Assembly: GCA_031404095.1 (NCBI GenBank)
Contig: JANNGY010000289.1
Location: 1-44,865, forward strand
Direction: 5' to 3'
Source of the DNA: Betaproteobacteria bacterium
Lineage (GTDB): Bacteria; Pseudomonadota; Gammaproteobacteria; Burkholderiales; Usitatibacteraceae
DNA: 44,865 nt
Part shown: piece after piece, positions 14,803-23,249 of the stretch
Position numbering within the stretch: position 1 is the stretch's first letter
Layout of the letters: every line of letters starts with the position of its first letter
The notes under the pieces: model-generated
What the model was told of the DNA's origin: nothing
The model's input: the letters and a program-made list of their open reading frames with translations, nothing else
Database searches by the model: none
Made by a program: the position numbers and the translations under genes

Positions 14803-16380
14803 ATGAGCACCGCGCATCACTCGCTTGTCCACGAGCCTTTTTTCGAAACCGCCGCGCGTCTGCCAGAAAAGGTCGCGTTGGCCAGTGATGGCAGTCGCCA
14901 TACCTATTCCGACCTGGCGTTGCATGCTGGTCAACTCGCGGCGCTGTTGGCTGGATGTGGCATCCAACGTGGTGACCGCGTGGCGCTGTTCCTCGATAAC
15001 AGCGTGGAGTTCGTCATTGGTCTGCTGGCCGCTTCCAGCATCGGTGCGGTATTCATGCCGGTGAGCGGCCTCACAAAAAAGGAAAAACTCGCCTATCTGC
15101 TCAACGATGCGCGCGCCAAGGTGCTCATCACCCATGCGGCGCTCCGGGCAACCTGGGCAGACGCGTTGGCCGTCAACACAAGTGTGAGCCTGTGCCTGGT
15201 CGTCGACGGTGGCCTGGATTGCACCCACGTTGAGCCGCGCTGCCAGCCGTTTCCGCAAGCGGACCCTTTGCCCGATCTGGCAGCGGCCTGCGTTACTGGT
15301 TTGTCGACAGCGAACGAAGAAGATCTTGCAAGCATTATCTATACGTCCGGATCGACTGGCGACCCGAAGGGCGTGATGCTGACGCACCGAAACATGATGT
15401 CCGCGCTTCGCTCGGTAATGGCATACCTGCCCATTCGCGAAGACGATGTGATCCTGTGCGTACTCCCAATGGCATTTGGATACGGACTCTATCACTGGCT
15501 GCTCACCGCGAAAGTGGGCGCCACACTGATTCTTGAGGGTTCGTTCGCGTTTCCACTCAAGGTAGTGCAGCGTATGGCGGCTGAGCGCGTGACTTTCTTC
15601 CCTGGTGTGCCGTCAATATTTACGCAGCTAATCAATGTCAAGGGCTTGGACCAGTTCGACCTTTCCGCATTGCGCGTCTTCACCAATGCAGCCGCAGCCA
15701 TATCTGAAGAACATATCCGGCGGTTACGCCTGGCGTTTCCCGAGGCCGAGTTCTACTCGATGTATGGGCTTACTGAATGCAAGCGGGTGACCTATCTGCC
15801 ACCCGCGCAACTTGACACCATACCTGGCAGCGTAGGGCGTGGCATGCCCTATCAGGATCATTGGCTCGCCGACGAATGTGGCGAACCTCTTCCGTTCGGC
15901 TGCACCGGGGAATTGGTGGTTCGTGGACCGCATGTGATGCGTGGCTACTGGGAAAAGCCCGAACAGACCGCCGAGCGACTCAAGCCTGCGCCGGCATCGA
16001 GTCCATTTGCCGGTGAACTGGTGCTGCACACGGGTGACCTGTTTCGCACGGACGAAGACGGATGGCTCTATTTCGTCGCGCGCAAGGACGATATTGTCAA
16101 GACTCGCGGCGAAAAGGTCAGTCCGCGCGAAGTCGAGAACGCCATATACGCGCTGGGCGAAGTACTTGAGGTGGCAGTAATCGGAACGCCGGACGAGCAA
16201 CTCGGCGCGGCCATCAAGGCTTTCATCATACTTCGACCCGGCGCGAAGCTGAATGAGCGCGATGTTATTCGCCATTGTCTGTCGCGTCTGGAGTCCTTTA
16301 TGGCGCCGAAGTATGTAGAATTCGTAACCGAGCTGCCAAAAACCGATACTGGCAAGATCAAGAAGTCCAACCTTCGCTAA
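14803..16380 (+). CDS. ANL-superfamily adenylating enzyme (AMP-dependent synthetase/ligase)
   Basis: 525 aa, starting 6 nt after the AsnB-like stop. Core motifs are IIYTSGSTGDPKGVMLTH, YGLTE, GELVVRGPHVMRGYW, HTGD, KTRGEKVSPREVE and PKTDTGKIKK. Confidence 0.9.
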   Translation: MSTAHHSLVHEPFFETAARLPEKVALASDGSRHTYSDLALHAGQLAALLAGCGIQRGDRVALFLDNSVEFVIGLLAASSIGAVFMPVSGLTKKEKLAYLLNDARAKVLITHAALRATWADALAVNTSVSLCLVVDGGLDCTHVEPRCQPFPQADPLPDLAAACVTGLSTANEEDLASIIYTSGSTGDPKGVMLTHRNMMSALRSVMAYLPIREDDVILCVLPMAFGYGLYHWLLTAKVGATLILEGSFAFPLKVVQRMAAERVTFFPGVPSIFTQLINVKGLDQFDLSALRVFTNAAAAISEEHIRRLRLAFPEAEFYSMYGLTECKRVTYLPPAQLDTIPGSVGRGMPYQDHWLADECGEPLPFGCTGELVVRGPHVMRGYWEKPEQTAERLKPAPASSPFAGELVLHTGDLFRTDEDGWLYFVARKDDIVKTRGEKVSPREVENAIYALGEVLEVAVIGTPDEQLGAAIKAFIILRPGAKLNERDVIRHCLSRLESFMAPKYVEFVTELPKTDTGKIKKSNLR

Positions 16381-16407
16381 GCGGAGTGCTGGTGGCGGCA
16401 CAGCAAG

Positions 16408-16692
16408 GTGTTCAAAATGGGAGCCAGGCAGATGCAAGACGTGAAGCAGGCCGTTCGCCAATTTCTGCTCGATAACTTCCTGATGGGGAGCAGCGCGACT
16501 ATCGCCGACGATGCGTCGTTCATGAGGGGGCACGTGCTTGACTCCAGCGGCTTCATGGAACTGGTTCTTTTTCTCGAGGAGTCTTTTGGCGTCAAGGTCG
16601 AGGACGCGGAACTGATGCCCGAAAACCTCGACAGCCTGGAAAACATTCAGGCATACGTCGCGCGCAAGCGCGCATCACCTGCGGCTGCATAG
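16408..16692 (+). CDS. Free-standing acyl/aminoacyl carrier protein (PP-binding)
   Basis: 86-94 aa. The track start is GTG 16408, and ATG 16432 (MQDVKQAVRQFLL..) is preceded by GGGAG. A phosphopantetheine-type serine sits in HVLDSSGFMELVLFLEE. The protein is acidic and helical. Confidence 0.75.
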   Translation: MFKMGARQMQDVKQAVRQFLLDNFLMGSSATIADDASFMRGHVLDSSGFMELVLFLEESFGVKVEDAELMPENLDSLENIQAYVARKRASPAAA

Positions 16693-16714
16693 CCCAGCGC
16701 CGGAGCAGAATCCT

Positions 16715-17701
16715 TTGGCAACAATTGCCTTGCATTCCGGGGTTTTCGACCTTGACTATACGCTGGAGGCCGATCGCATTGCGGCGCGAATGATCGAGGT
16801 TGTCGGCCGCGAATTGCGTCGACGCGGTGTGGTGATTGCGATGTCAGGTGGTATAGACAGTTCGGTGTGCGCGGCACTGGCGGTACGCGCATTTGGCACC
16901 AAAGTCTACGGACTGATGCTGCCGGAACACGATTCGTCCGCGTTCAGCCTGCATCGGTCGACGATACTCGCCAAGCATCTTGGCATCACATTTGGCGTTG
17001 AGGGCATCGGTCCCACGCTCGAGGCGCTTGGCTGCTACCGTTGGCGCGACGAAGCCATACGCGCCGTGTTTCCGGATTACGGTGCGGGATGGAAGAACAA
17101 GATCATCATCGCCGGTGGCAAGGAGGGATCCTTCAACTACTTCAAACTGGTGGTACAGGACCCCGAGGGCAGACTGCTTGAATCGCGCTTGCCGGTGCGT
17201 GAATATCAGCAGATAGTAGCCGCAACCAACTACAAGCAGCGGGTACGCAAAACGGTCGAATATTTTCATGCCGACCGCCTGAATTATGCCGTGATCGGTA
17301 CGCCGAATCGCCTCGAATACGACCAGGGGTTCTTCGTCAAGAATGGCGATGGCGCGGCTGACCTGAAGCCGATCGCGCACCTTTACAAAACACAGGTATA
17401 CGCGATGGCCAGACATCTGGGCCTGCCAGATGAGATTTGCAATGCGATTCCCACTACCGACACCTACAGTCTCCAGCAGGGTCAGGACGAGTTCTACTTT
17501 GCGCTGCCTTACGACAAGATGGATTTCGCGCTTTGGGCATTCAATCATGCCGTGCCGTCGGCTGAACTGGCGCACTTTCTCGCACTGCCTCTGGAGCAGG
17601 CCGCTTTCATTTACACGGACATTGTCGCCAAACGCCGCGCAACGCGGTATCTGCATGCTGCCCCGGTTTTGATGGAACCGGTGACGGAGATTTCGAATTG
17701 A
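16715..17701 (+). CDS. NAD+ synthetase (NadE)-like PP-loop ATP pyrophosphatase, no glutaminase domain
   Basis: 328 aa with a TTG start 22 nt after the carrier-protein stop. The PP-loop is VIAMSGGIDSSVCAAL. Downstream KQRVR, GT.N..E, D..PI and LYK..V resemble NadE. Confidence 0.8.
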   Translation: MATIALHSGVFDLDYTLEADRIAARMIEVVGRELRRRGVVIAMSGGIDSSVCAALAVRAFGTKVYGLMLPEHDSSAFSLHRSTILAKHLGITFGVEGIGPTLEALGCYRWRDEAIRAVFPDYGAGWKNKIIIAGGKEGSFNYFKLVVQDPEGRLLESRLPVREYQQIVAATNYKQRVRKTVEYFHADRLNYAVIGTPNRLEYDQGFFVKNGDGAADLKPIAHLYKTQVYAMARHLGLPDEICNAIPTTDTYSLQQGQDEFYFALPYDKMDFALWAFNHAVPSAELAHFLALPLEQAAFIYTDIVAKRRATRYLHAAPVLMEPVTEISN

Positions 17702-17853
17702 CGTCGCTTGCCGCATATGTCGAATGAACCAGCAAGGTGATGAGTGAGCGTCCCGCAAACATTCTGCCGCCATGACGATGGTGAATTGCACTTATGGCAC
17801 TTGTTGTTGCCATTTCGTGCCGCGATTTCTAACGGCCGCCTGGCATAGCTGTC

Positions 17854-18957
17854 ATGGCGAGTTTCCTTCCGCCGCTTGCTGCCGCGACAGTTGAGCCGCC
17901 CAGTCAGTCAGCCTACCAGACAACTTTGGCGGACTTGGCGGTCGATGCGGACAAGATTGTCGCGTTATGGCGAACCGGACTGAGCCAACGTGCCATGCCG
18001 GAAGTCAAACTTGAGTGGTATTACCGGAACAACCCGGAAGGCACTCCGCTAACCGTGTTCCTGAATCAGGTCGGTACCGAGGAGGCCGTCGGCGTCGCGG
18101 CGATCGGGCCGCGAAGAGTTCGATTCGGTACATACACACTACAGGCGGGCGCGCTGGTCGATTTTGTTACGCTTCCGGAACACCGGACTTTCTTTCCGGC
18201 GATGTTTCTGCAACGGGAAATGCGCCGTCGCGCGCTTGGCAAATACACCGTCGTGTTTGGCTTCCCAAATGCGAATTCGCAGCCCATTGTGCGTCGCGTC
18301 GGATATCGATGCGTCGGTCAAATGATTCGCCGCACCCGCGTACTCCGTTCCAGCACATATCTCGCCAAGTACCTGCCGGGCTGGTTGAGTCGAATTGCCG
18401 GCGCCGTGGTTGATGCGAGCCGCTGGACCGCCCTCAGGATTCACGGGCTTGGAGAGAATGACTTTCAATATACGTGGCAGGGTCGTGCGGATGAAACTTT
18501 TGACGGCTTATGGCAGCGCACCGCTGGCGCGAACGTGGTCATGGGGGTGCGCGACGCGGCATTTCTCAATTGGCGTTTTGCAGACATGCAGTCAAAATCA
18601 TTCCGGTTCTTCACGATGAAGTCGTTCGCTGACCGGAGCCTGATAGCGTACGCAGTCTGCTCAGCAGATGGTGGCGCACTCCATGTTGAAGATTTTCTCG
18701 TTGATCTGAGACTGCCGAACGCAAGCGCAAACCTGTGGCGCAGTTTGTCGCTGGCAGCTATTCGCATGGATTACAGCAGCCTGTCTGTCGAACTCCTGGG
18801 CAGCGAAGATCAACAAAGGTTGCTTGGTGCCGCAGGATTTCACGTTCGAGAAGGTAGACCAGTTTACGCCTCCGTGGCGCCACTGCCCGCCGGACAATCT
18901 GGTGGGCTGACAGATGGCTCCGCCTGGTACATGACCTCGGCGGACGATGACTGGTAA
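17854..18957 (+). CDS. GNAT / FemAB-like (two-lobe acyltransferase fold) protein
   Basis: 367 aa. An N-terminal GNAT-like core (GVAAIGPRRV.., GALVDFVTLPEHR, FPNANSQPIVRRVGY) is followed by a second lobe ending LGAAGFHVREG. There is no clear SD before the ATG, and a 152-nt gap separates it from the NadE-like gene. Confidence 0.6.
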   Translation: MASFLPPLAAATVEPPSQSAYQTTLADLAVDADKIVALWRTGLSQRAMPEVKLEWYYRNNPEGTPLTVFLNQVGTEEAVGVAAIGPRRVRFGTYTLQAGALVDFVTLPEHRTFFPAMFLQREMRRRALGKYTVVFGFPNANSQPIVRRVGYRCVGQMIRRTRVLRSSTYLAKYLPGWLSRIAGAVVDASRWTALRIHGLGENDFQYTWQGRADETFDGLWQRTAGANVVMGVRDAAFLNWRFADMQSKSFRFFTMKSFADRSLIAYAVCSADGGALHVEDFLVDLRLPNASANLWRSLSLAAIRMDYSSLSVELLGSEDQQRLLGAAGFHVREGRPVYASVAPLPAGQSGGLTDGSAWYMTSADDDW

Positions 18958-18985
18958 TACCAGGAGCGGCTGATAAAATTGCAGT

Positions 18986-21025
18986 ATGCCCATCCTGACG
19001 TATCCCGACTCCCCGTACAAACTTAACCAGCCCTTTCCGCCTGCCGGCGACCAGCCGAAGGCCATCGAGAAACTGGTCGAGGGCATCAATGACGGGTTGG
19101 CATTCCAGACACTGCTGGGAGTGACCGGGTCGGGCAAGACCTACACGATGGCCAACGTGATTGCGCAACTCGGCCGGCCGGCACTGATCATGGCACCGAA
19201 CAAGACACTCGCTGCGCAACTTTATGCCGAGATGAAGGAGTTTTTTCCCGAAAATGCGGTGGAATACTTTGTGTCGTACTACGATTACTATCAGCCCGAA
19301 GCCTATGTGCCTGCGCGCGACCTGTTCATCGAAAAGGACTCTTCGATCAATGAACATATAGAACAGATGCGCCTGTCGGCAACCAAGTCGCTGCTGGAAC
19401 GCCAGGACGCAATCATCATCGCCTCGGTATCGTGCATCTACGGCATCGGGGATCCGAGTGATTACTATTCGATGCGCATGCTGGTGCGGCCCGGCGACAA
19501 GGTCGCGCAACAAGACATGATTCGGCAATTGTCATCGATGCAATACACAAGGGCAGAACTCGATTTCAAGCGCGGTACGTTTCGCGTGCGCGGCGATTCA
19601 CTGGACGTGTTTCCCGCGGAGAGTGCGGATGCCGCGCTGCGTATTTCGATGTTCGACGAAGAAGTGGACGCGCTAACCCTGTTCGACCCGTTGACCGGGC
19701 ACACGATCCAGAAAATCCCCCGATTCACGGTGTACGCCAAGAGCCACTATGTGACGCCACGCAGCACCGTGTTGAACGCCCTGGACGGCATCAAGGCCGA
19801 GCTGCGCGATCGCATCGATTTCTTCACCCGCGCAAACAAGCTGATCGAAGCACAGCGTATCCAGCAGCGCACCACTTTTGATCTGGAAATGCTGAACGAA
19901 ATCGGATTCTGCAAGGGTATCGAGAATTATTCGCGGCATTTGAGCGGGCGCAAGCCCGGCGAGCCGCCGCCGACGCTGGTGGACTACTTGCCGAAAAATG
20001 CGTTGATGGTGATAGACGAAAGTCATGTCACGATTCCACAGGTCGGCGGCATGTACAAGGGCGATCGGGCCCGCAAGGAGAACCTGGTCGATTACGGCTT
20101 CCGGTTGCCGTCCGCCATGGACAACCGGCCGTTACGATTTGATGAATTTGAGGGCATGATGCGGCAGACCGTTTTCGTTTCCGCCACGCCCGCCGACTAT
20201 GAGGCCAACCATACCGCGCAGGTCGTGGAACAACTTGTGCGCCCGACCGGACTGGTGGATCCCGTCCTTCATGTTCGACCGGCGTCGACCCAGGTCGATG
20301 ATTTGCTCTCGGAAGTGAACAAACGCATCGCGGTCAGGGAGCGCGTGCTGGTGACCACGCTTACCAAACGTATGGCCGAGGACTTGACTGATTACCTGGC
20401 CGAGCACGGCGTCAAGGTGCGCTATTTGCATTCCGACATCGATACCGTTGAGCGCGTAGAGATCATTCGTGACCTGCGCGGCGGATTGTTCGACGTACTG
20501 GTGGGCATCAATTTGTTGCGCGAAGGACTGGATATTCCGGAGGTATCGCTGGTCGCCATACTCGACGCTGACAAGGAAGGCTTCCTGCGCGGCACCCGAT
20601 CGTTGATCCAGACCATCGGTCGCGCGGCACGCCATGTTAACGGCACCGCGATCCTGTATGCCGACCGCGAAACCGAATCCATGCGCAATGCCATTGGTGA
20701 GACTGAGCGGCGGCGCACCAAGCAAATTGCCTACAATCTCGAGCATGGTATCGTGCCGACGTCGATTTCGAAACAGATCAAGGACATGATTGACGGTGTC
20801 TACGATATGGACGAAAAGCGCGATGAGCGCAAGGCTGCGCAGGAGCGCAAGAAATACGATGTGCTATCCGAGAAGCAGATGGAGACGGCGCTGAAACGCA
20901 TTGAGCGCGAGATGCTGGATGCAGCGCGCAACCTGGAGTTTGAACGGGCGGCCGCGTTGCGTGATGAACTCAAGGCGCTACGAAACCGGTTGCTGGTGGT
21001 AGGAGGTTCCGCGGTCCGCGATTAG
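18986..21025 (+). CDS. uvrB: Excinuclease ABC subunit B
   Basis: 679 aa with GDQPKAI, the Walker A motif GVTGSGKT, the DESH box, helicase motifs, and the C-terminal UVR domain ([17 protein letters not shown]). Confidence 0.97.
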   Translation: MPILTYPDSPYKLNQPFPPAGDQPKAIEKLVEGINDGLAFQTLLGVTGSGKTYTMANVIAQLGRPALIMAPNKTLAAQLYAEMKEFFPENAVEYFVSYYDYYQPEAYVPARDLFIEKDSSINEHIEQMRLSATKSLLERQDAIIIASVSCIYGIGDPSDYYSMRMLVRPGDKVAQQDMIRQLSSMQYTRAELDFKRGTFRVRGDSLDVFPAESADAALRISMFDEEVDALTLFDPLTGHTIQKIPRFTVYAKSHYVTPRSTVLNALDGIKAELRDRIDFFTRANKLIEAQRIQQRTTFDLEMLNEIGFCKGIENYSRHLSGRKPGEPPPTLVDYLPKNALMVIDESHVTIPQVGGMYKGDRARKENLVDYGFRLPSAMDNRPLRFDEFEGMMRQTVFVSATPADYEANHTAQVVEQLVRPTGLVDPVLHVRPASTQVDDLLSEVNKRIAVRERVLVTTLTKRMAEDLTDYLAEHGVKVRYLHSDIDTVERVEIIRDLRGGLFDVLVGINLLREGLDIPEVSLVAILDADKEGFLRGTRSLIQTIGRAARHVNGTAILYADRETESMRNAIGETERRRTKQIAYNLEHGIVPTSISKQIKDMIDGVYDMDEKRDERKAAQERKKYDVLSEKQMETALKRIEREMLDAARNLEFERAAALRDELKALRNRLLVVGGSAVRD

Positions 21026-21163
21026 AGGTGTAATTCCTGTTTCATGGGCTTGCGCCACTTGAGGTGAGGCATTGGTTGCAGCGGGCAAGGCGCCACATGC
21101 TGGCGACACATACACTTAACCGATTAAAATGTACGGTCTCCACCATCCCACATTGCGGCGCGT

Positions 21164-21691
21164 ATGCCATCCCCCTCTTCCGCCAGTCATCGGGTGCTAT
21201 TTGTCTGCATGGGCAATATCTGCCGATCCCCGACTGCCGAGGCGGTATTTCGCAAATTTGCAGCAGATAGCCCGTTGGCAGGCAAAATAGAAATCGACTC
21301 AGCGGGTACGATTGGTGCGCATGCCGGAGCGCGCCCGGATCCGCGCGCTATCGAACTCGGCTCGACCCGAGGCTACGAACTGGAGCGAATCCGTGCGCGG
21401 CAAATTGTGGCGGCCGATTTTGGCCGGTTTGACTTCGTGATTGCGATGGACCTGCAGAATCTCAAGCACCTGAAATCCATGTGCCCGCCGGAGTTGCATC
21501 ACAAGGTCGAGTTACTGCTGGCCTTTTCACAGGATTTGGGAACGCTGGAAGTTCCCGATCCTTACTACGGAAGCGCCGGTGATTTCCAACATGCGCTGGT
21601 GTTGATCGAGCGTGGTTGCCGCGGATTGCTTGCGCACATGGTGCATCCGCACACGGCGAGGCCCAGTCTGCGGCGTAAGCGGGCTGGCTGA
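21164..21691 (+). CDS. Low-molecular-weight protein-tyrosine phosphatase
   Basis: 175 aa with the CX5R(S) P-loop VLFVCMGNICRSP and the DPYY motif. Confidence 0.85.
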   Translation: MPSPSSASHRVLFVCMGNICRSPTAEAVFRKFAADSPLAGKIEIDSAGTIGAHAGARPDPRAIELGSTRGYELERIRARQIVAADFGRFDFVIAMDLQNLKHLKSMCPPELHHKVELLLAFSQDLGTLEVPDPYYGSAGDFQHALVLIERGCRGLLAHMVHPHTARPSLRRKRAG

Positions 21692-21693
21692 TC

Positions 21694-22362
21694 GTGGAAG
21701 GGCTGCTTTCTTTTGCCGCATACATGAAGATTTTTGTGGCAATGATCGTGATAGTCAATCCGCTCGGCATCATGCCGGTGTTCGTGGCGATGACGGCTTC
21801 GCAAACCGATCTTCAACGAAGGACAATCGCCCGGATTGCCGCGATCACGGTCGCTGCTTCGTTGCTGATTTCTGCGATGCTCGGCGAGCGGGCGCTGGAA
21901 ATGTTCGGCATATCCCTGGCCAGTTTCAAGGTGGGTGGGGCGATCCTTATCCTGCTCAATGCGCTTGCAATGATGCAGGCGATGCCGGCGCGCGACAAAC
22001 AGACACCTGAGGAGGCGCTGGAGGCCGAGGACAAGGCCAGCATTGCCGTTGTGCCACTGGGTATCCCCTTGCTGGCAGGTCCGGGTGCCATGTCAACCAT
22101 GATCATTTACGCCAGTGAAAACAAGTCGGTGTGGCACCTGCTGGCCGTATGTACGGCGGCAATCGGTATTGCAGTGGTGACATGGCTCGCGCTCCGCGTT
22201 GCTACGCGAATCGGGCGGCGCATGAGCACCACGACCGTCAATGTCGCCACGCGCATCATGGGGTTGCTGCTTGCCGCGTTGGCGGTGGAAATATTCGCGG
22301 GTGGAATTGTCGAATTGATTCCCGCCTTGGGCAAGCCCGAGGCCTTCCGGATTGGGCGTTAG
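21694..22362 (+). CDS. MarC-family (UPF0056) integral membrane protein
   Basis: 222 aa with multiple TM segments and the N-terminal motif FVAMIVIVNPLG..PVF. The start may instead be ATG 21724. Confidence 0.8.
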   Translation: MEGLLSFAAYMKIFVAMIVIVNPLGIMPVFVAMTASQTDLQRRTIARIAAITVAASLLISAMLGERALEMFGISLASFKVGGAILILLNALAMMQAMPARDKQTPEEALEAEDKASIAVVPLGIPLLAGPGAMSTMIIYASENKSVWHLLAVCTAAIGIAVVTWLALRVATRIGRRMSTTTVNVATRIMGLLLAALAVEIFAGGIVELIPALGKPEAFRIGR

Positions 22363-22604
22363 CCAGCACATTTCATGAGTTGGCCCCGTTCTGACTTCGC
22401 TTTACTTTTGCCACGGTCATCGCGGTGAGATAGTTTGTACGTCACTTTCGCCGGGTCTGCGCGCTCGATGGCGGTTGGCTGGGCGGCGCTTTTCTGCTCC
22501 TCCTCGCCGGCGCAATTGTTTGGCCAGGCCAGACCTATTCGGTTCTGCATTCGACGCAATGGATGACAGGCTGCGCGATGTCCGGCATCGCCTTCTCTGC
22601 CTTC

Positions 22605-23216
22605 TCAGAATCCACCGGTTGCGAGCCACGCATCGACCTGGTCCAGGCGGTCACTGCCCCAAAACGGTTCACCATCAACAATGATGAAAGGTGAGCCGAA
22701 TACCCCCTTGGCCAAGGCCGCGTCGACTTCATTTTTCAGTCGTTCCTTGTTGACGGGATCGGCGACGGCAGCCTGTACCGCTGCGACATCTTCACCGAGA
22801 GTCGCGGCAATTTCCGCAACCTTTTCAGGAGTTGAAATATCGATACCTTGTCCGAAATACGTGGAGTAGCAGGCCAGCGCAAACTGATGTGCCTTTAGCG
22901 GATCGCGATCATCCAGCCAGTAGAATGCCCGCGCGGCATTCTGGGTGCCAATCGGAAAGGTCGCCGGCTGTGTGTAGGGAATCCCCATAAAACGCGCGGT
23001 ACGCGGAAAATCGCGCATTGCATAGGGCCCCTTCAGCGGTATGCCAACAAGCGGCGCGGTGCCTGCCGCCTTGAACATTGGCCCAAGCAGTATTGGCCGC
23101 CATTTCACGCGTCTCTTATGATGTGCCGCCAACGTGTTGATGCGGGTGGCCGCGAGGTAACCGTAAGGCGAAGAAAAGTCGAAATAGAAATCAATCGGGG
23201 CACTGGTATCGGGCAT
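22605..23216 (-). CDS. 2-hydroxychromene-2-carboxylate isomerase-like DsbA-family protein
   Basis: 203 aa with the IDFYFDFSSPYGY N-terminus and the C-terminal GVFGSPFIIVDGEPFWGSDRL typical of the HCCA-isomerase family. Confidence 0.8.
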   Translation of the reverse strand: MPDTSAPIDFYFDFSSPYGYLAATRINTLAAHHKRRVKWRPILLGPMFKAAGTAPLVGIPLKGPYAMRDFPRTARFMGIPYTQPATFPIGTQNAARAFYWLDDRDPLKAHQFALACYSTYFGQGIDISTPEKVAEIAATLGEDVAAVQAAVADPVNKERLKNEVDAALAKGVFGSPFIIVDGEPFWGSDRLDQVDAWLATGGF

Positions 23217-23249
23217 GCATCCTCCGTGCTGACAGTCGTAATCAAATCA

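Noticed and set aside
15724-17791. Long minus-strand ORFs 15724-16533 (269 aa) and 16844-17791 (315 aa).
   Set aside because: They lie antisense to the ANL ligase and NadE-like genes, which carry clear catalytic motifs on the + strand. The antisense products have no motifs and an Arg-rich composition.
6894-18957. The region from tRNA-Asn onward could be an integrated genomic island or defence island.
   Set aside because: There is no integrase, recombinase, transposase, phage or conjugation gene. I noticed no att-like repeat of the tRNA 3' end and no recognisable defence domains (nuclease/helicase/TIR/Sir2/RT). The content is stress and biosynthetic genes. Only comparative genomics could settle it.
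18970-18984. CTGATAAAATTGCAG just upstream of uvrB could be an SOS (LexA) box.
   Set aside because: The spacing is CTG-N9-CAG, whereas the proteobacterial LexA core CTGT-N8-ACAG is CTG-N10-CAG. The T and A flanking positions also do not match. It is not a credible LexA site without experimental support.
18758-19528. 256-aa minus-strand ORF spanning the GNAT/uvrB junction.
   Set aside because: It lies antisense to the uvrB N-terminus (the GVTGSGKT Walker A is on the + strand). It has no recognisable motif.
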